64,000 bases of DNA from Spirochaetota bacterium (GTDB lineage: Bacteria > Spirochaetota > UBA4802 > UBA5550): the NCBI GenBank assembly GCA_050298055.1, contig JBNKTL010000004.1:66223-130222 (forward strand). The letters run 5' to 3'. The translations under genes and the position numbers were made by a program. Of this stretch, positions 60,878 through 64,000 are shown piece by piece (within the stretch, counting starts at the first letter, position 1; every line of letters begins with the position of its first letter). The notes beneath the pieces were generated by a model. It searched no databases. It was given only the letters and a program-made list of their open reading frames with translations, and was not told where the DNA came from.

Positions 60878-63800
60878 ATGAATCAATCACATATATTCCT
60901 TAAGTTATCATGGTTACTGGCCACAGGATTCCTGATTTTATTCATTACTGCCTGCAGTGACCTCAAAGACACGGTTTCCCAACAGGGGAATAACTGCGCT
61001 GCTTCCGATTGTCATACCTCAACACTTCTTAAGCAGTATCCCCCCGATTCCGGTCGGCACACAGAACACCTTTCTACAGGGTTAAGCTGTGACAGCTGTC
61101 ATTTTAACTATAATGAAAATGCCCTCCACAAGAACGGAGTAAAGGATACGGATACCGGGGAGGTGATTGTTTTCTTTAATCTAAAGAACACAGCTGTTTC
61201 CTGGAACCAGCGGATAACAACATGTGAAAATAATTCCTGTCATAAAGATGCTGACTGGTACGGATCGGCCGTTTTCGGATGTACCGACTGCCATTCTGTT
61301 CCTGAAAGCGGATCGCACAAAAAGCATTCCGGAGATCTTTCCTATGAATGCACGGAGTGTCATAACGGGTACCGGTATGATCCTTCGCATACAAACGGGA
61401 CCCTTGATAACCCGGACAGTTCGCCGGGCATGATGAGTTTCGGTACCCTTAATCCATCCGGATCTTACGATAACAGTACCGATACCTGTTCAAACCTTCA
61501 GTGTCACGGATCAGGCACACCCCGCTGGGGGAGCAGTTCCGAATGCGGAAGCTGCCACGGGAATCCCCCTCTCACCGGGGCTCATTCAAAGCATGTGACC
61601 GATTCCGGTTTAGCATGTAATGAATGCCACCTTGAAAGGGGAAGCGGTACCTCGTATCATGCAGATGGAAATCCTGACGTTAATGTCACAACGGCAGTCA
61701 ATCCTTCGGGCAACTATACTCCGGGAGTCCTCCCGGGCACGGGTACCTGCGACAGCCTCTACTGCCACGGATCGGATACACCTGCATGGGACGGAACGGT
61801 CTCCTGCGGAAGCTGTCATGGGACTCCTCCCGCTACCGGTGCGCATTTGCGGCATGTGAATGATATGGGGTACAGCTGCAGCAAATGTCATAACGGGAAT
61901 GTCCACGGAAGTATGGCGGTAGAAGTGGGTTTCGATGCCACTAATCCCTCGGGGAACTATGTTCCGGGAAGCAGCCCCGGTACAGGCACCTGCAACAGCC
62001 TCTCCTGTCACGGGTCCGGTTCGCCTGCGTGGGACGGTACCATAACATGTGATGGCTGCCACGGGAACCCGCCCCTCACCGGGGCTCATTCAAAGCATGT
62101 GACCGATTCCGGTTTAGCATGTAATGAATGCCACCTGGAAAGGGGAAGCGGTACCTCGTATCATGCAGATGGAAACCCTGACGTTAATGTCACTACGGCA
62201 GTCAATCCTTCAGGCAACTATACTCCGGGAGTCCTGCCGGGTACGGGTACCTGCGACAGCCTCTACTGTCACGGATCGGATACACCTGCATGGGACGGAA
62301 CGGTCTCCTGCGGAAGCTGTCATGGGACTCCTCCCGCTACCGGTGCGCATCTGCGGCATGTGAATGATCTGGGGTACAGCTGCAGCAAATGTCATAACGG
62401 GAGTGTCCATGGAAGTATGGCGGTAGAAGTGGATTTCGATGCCACTAATCCCTCGGGGAACTATGTTCCGGGCAGCAGCCCCGGTACAGGCACCTGCAAC
62501 AGCCTCTACTGTCACGGGTCCGGCTCTCCTGCGTGGGACGGTACCATTACATGTGATGGCTGCCACGGGAACCCGCCCCTCACCGGGTCTCATTCAAAGC
62601 ATGTGACTGAATCCGGGTATGAATGCAGCCAGTGCCATTTCAGCAGGGGGAGCGGTACTTCATATCATGTAAATGGAAATCCCGATATTAATTTCAATTC
62701 TTCGCACAGCCCCAGCGGTCACTATTCGGAGGGAGCCTGTTCGAATATCTACTGTCACGGGAATTTTACGGGAGGTAATAACGGGACCATACAGCCGGTA
62801 TGGGGGGAAACGGTAAGTTGTTCAACTAACAGCTGTCATGGGGGAAATGCCAGTGGAAACCCCGCATGTTCGTCTGTACCTGACTCAAAACACGGGACCC
62901 ATATATCGGCTATCATGAACATGAACAATCCGTCAACCGGTTTAGTCTATACCGAGGAAGAATCCTGTTCCGTTTGTCACAGCGGCCATGGTTACGGAAC
63001 ATCAAGCCATATAAATATGAAAGTTGATGCGGCATTTGACTATACACCGCCGGAAGGCCTTGCGGGGACCATTCTCTCCGGGGGGGATTATGACACCATT
63101 TCGGGAAAATTCCAGAATATTGCCTGCAGCAGCACATATTGCCACGGGAACTTTGCAGGTGGGAATGCCGTTACGGTCAACTGGGGCGAATCGGTTTCCG
63201 ACCCGGGATGGTGCGGGAGCTGCCATACGACATCTCCGGTGAGCGTAAAACATTCGGAACACCTTGCCCTTTACCCGGGGGAGTGCGGGTACTGTCATCA
63301 GGGGTATACTTCTTCATCTGCTCCGGCCGGTCATGTGTCGCTGGTGAAAGATGTTAAATTTAACTATCCTCATTCACTGTCAATATCATCGTCATATGAC
63401 AACGCTACAAAAACCTGCTCGGGTGTCTACTGTCACGGGAATTTTCCCCCGGTAACCTATACGAACAGGTATGATGTGACAGCTGTAATAAATCCCGGTA
63501 ACAGTGACAACCCGGTCTGGCAGGATTCTTCAACGGCCCCCTGTGGTTCATGTCACGGGAATCCGGATAACAATTATTCATCGTTAACTCACGGCGGGCA
63601 TACAGATGCAATAAGATCTTATGCAAAATCCATATTTTTCGGGAACCCCCTGAGTATTGAAAGCTGTGATGCCTGTCATAACTATGGGGACGACACCGAA
63701 AGATCTTTTGATACTACCAGTACCCAGGGAAGTTACAATACCGTAAATCATGCTGATTTTTCCATTAACGATTCGGGAGTCAATGATGATGTTAACTTTA

Positions 63801-64000
63801 AGGCGGATGACTCAGACCTTGCTTCCCGTATAGGAAGTCTTGTGGCCTCAAAAACCAGCTGGGACCCTGCCACCACCACATGTTCAAATTCCTGGTGTCA
63901 CGGGAACTTTTCCAATGGTGTTGACATCACCGGTTATAACGGGACGCCAGACTGGCTTAACGGGACAACCGGAACCTGCGGTACGGAGGCATGTCACAGT
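60878..64000 (+). CDS. Giant multiheme c-type cytochrome lipoprotein (at least 31 hemes; runs off the window end; not in the ORF track)
   Basis: The frame is open from the ATG at 60878 to the window end (1041 codons): MNQSHIFLKLSWLLATGFLILFITAC-SDLKD...CAASDCH. Hand count gives 18 CxxCH and 13 CxxxxCH. Confidence 0.93.
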   Translation, partial: MNQSHIFLKLSWLLATGFLILFITACSDLKDTVSQQGNNCAASDCHTSTLLKQYPPDSGRHTEHLSTGLSCDSCHFNYNENALHKNGVKDTDTGEVIVFFNLKNTAVSWNQRITTCENNSCHKDADWYGSAVFGCTDCHSVPESGSHKKHSGDLSYECTECHNGYRYDPSHTNGTLDNPDSSPGMMSFGTLNPSGSYDNSTDTCSNLQCHGSGTPRWGSSSECGSCHGNPPLTGAHSKHVTDSGLACNECHLERGSGTSYHADGNPDVNVTTAVNPSGNYTPGVLPGTGTCDSLYCHGSDTPAWDGTVSCGSCHGTPPATGAHLRHVNDMGYSCSKCHNGNVHGSMAVEVGFDATNPSGNYVPGSSPGTGTCNSLSCHGSGSPAWDGTITCDGCHGNPPLTGAHSKHVTDSGLACNECHLERGSGTSYHADGNPDVNVTTAVNPSGNYTPGVLPGTGTCDSLYCHGSDTPAWDGTVSCGSCHGTPPATGAHLRHVNDLGYSCSKCHNGSVHGSMAVEVDFDATNPSGNYVPGSSPGTGTCNSLYCHGSGSPAWDGTITCDGCHGNPPLTGSHSKHVTESGYECSQCHFSRGSGTSYHVNGNPDINFNSSHSPSGHYSEGACSNIYCHGNFTGGNNGTIQPVWGETVSCSTNSCHGGNASGNPACSSVPDSKHGTHISAIMNMNNPSTGLVYTEEESCSVCHSGHGYGTSSHINMKVDAAFDYTPPEGLAGTILSGGDYDTISGKFQNIACSSTYCHGNFAGGNAVTVNWGESVSDPGWCGSCHTTSPVSVKHSEHLALYPGECGYCHQGYTSSSAPAGHVSLVKDVKFNYPHSLSISSSYDNATKTCSGVYCHGNFPPVTYTNRYDVTAVINPGNSDNPVWQDSSTAPCGSCHGNPDNNYSSLTHGGHTDAIRSYAKSIFFGNPLSIESCDACHNYGDDTERSFDTTSTQGSYNTVNHADFSINDSGVNDDVNFKADDSDLASRIGSLVASKTSWDPATTTCSNSWCHGNFSNGVDITGYNGTPDWLNGTTGTCGTEACHS
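61551..62690 (+). repeat. 504-bp (168-aa, 6-heme) intragenic tandem repeat, two full copies plus a diverging partial third
   Basis: GCTGCCACGGGAA recurs at 61551, 62055 and 62559. The first two units are nearly identical. Confidence 0.92.

Noticed and set aside
59952..63626. Several short or antisense ORFs over the cytochrome genes (e.g. 59952..60770, 61610..62089, 62210..62593)
   Set aside because: Shadows of the heme-motif frames. Their duplication just reflects the 504-bp repeat.

Overview
A 64 kb chromosomal window, most likely from an anaerobic Leptospirae-related spirochaete. The assignment rests on a clear FcpA flagellar-coiling homologue with a sigma-28 promoter. The backbone is housekeeping: glpK (partial), tRNA-Phe, serS, lepA, cysS, rlmB, murB, folK, panP-like, ABC-F. 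Accessory blocks are an AraC-linked LolD/LolE/LolA-like transporter plus a barrel protein, arsR-acr3, an AT-rich methyltransferase plus PD-(D/E)xK nuclease pair, a cytochrome c peroxidase/Rpn/cholesterol-oxidase cargo block and an SRAP-umuDC cassette. The supplied ORF track misses two main items. (1) A selenocysteine MsrA at 6216..6980: an in-frame TGA sits at the catalytic position of the G-U-F-W-G motif and is followed by a SECIS-like hairpin. (2) A giant lipoprotein multiheme cytochrome at 60878..>64000, with 31 heme-binding motifs in the visible 1041 aa and a 504-bp tandem repeat. It ends a three-gene c-type cytochrome cluster that suggests extracellular electron transfer in a spirochaete. 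Intergenic DNA also holds a MITE-like family with GTAACTA(C/T)TCAGCT ends, a REP-like cluster, and a mosaic scar made of copies of two neighbouring genes. All calls come from reading motifs by eye; no database searches were run.
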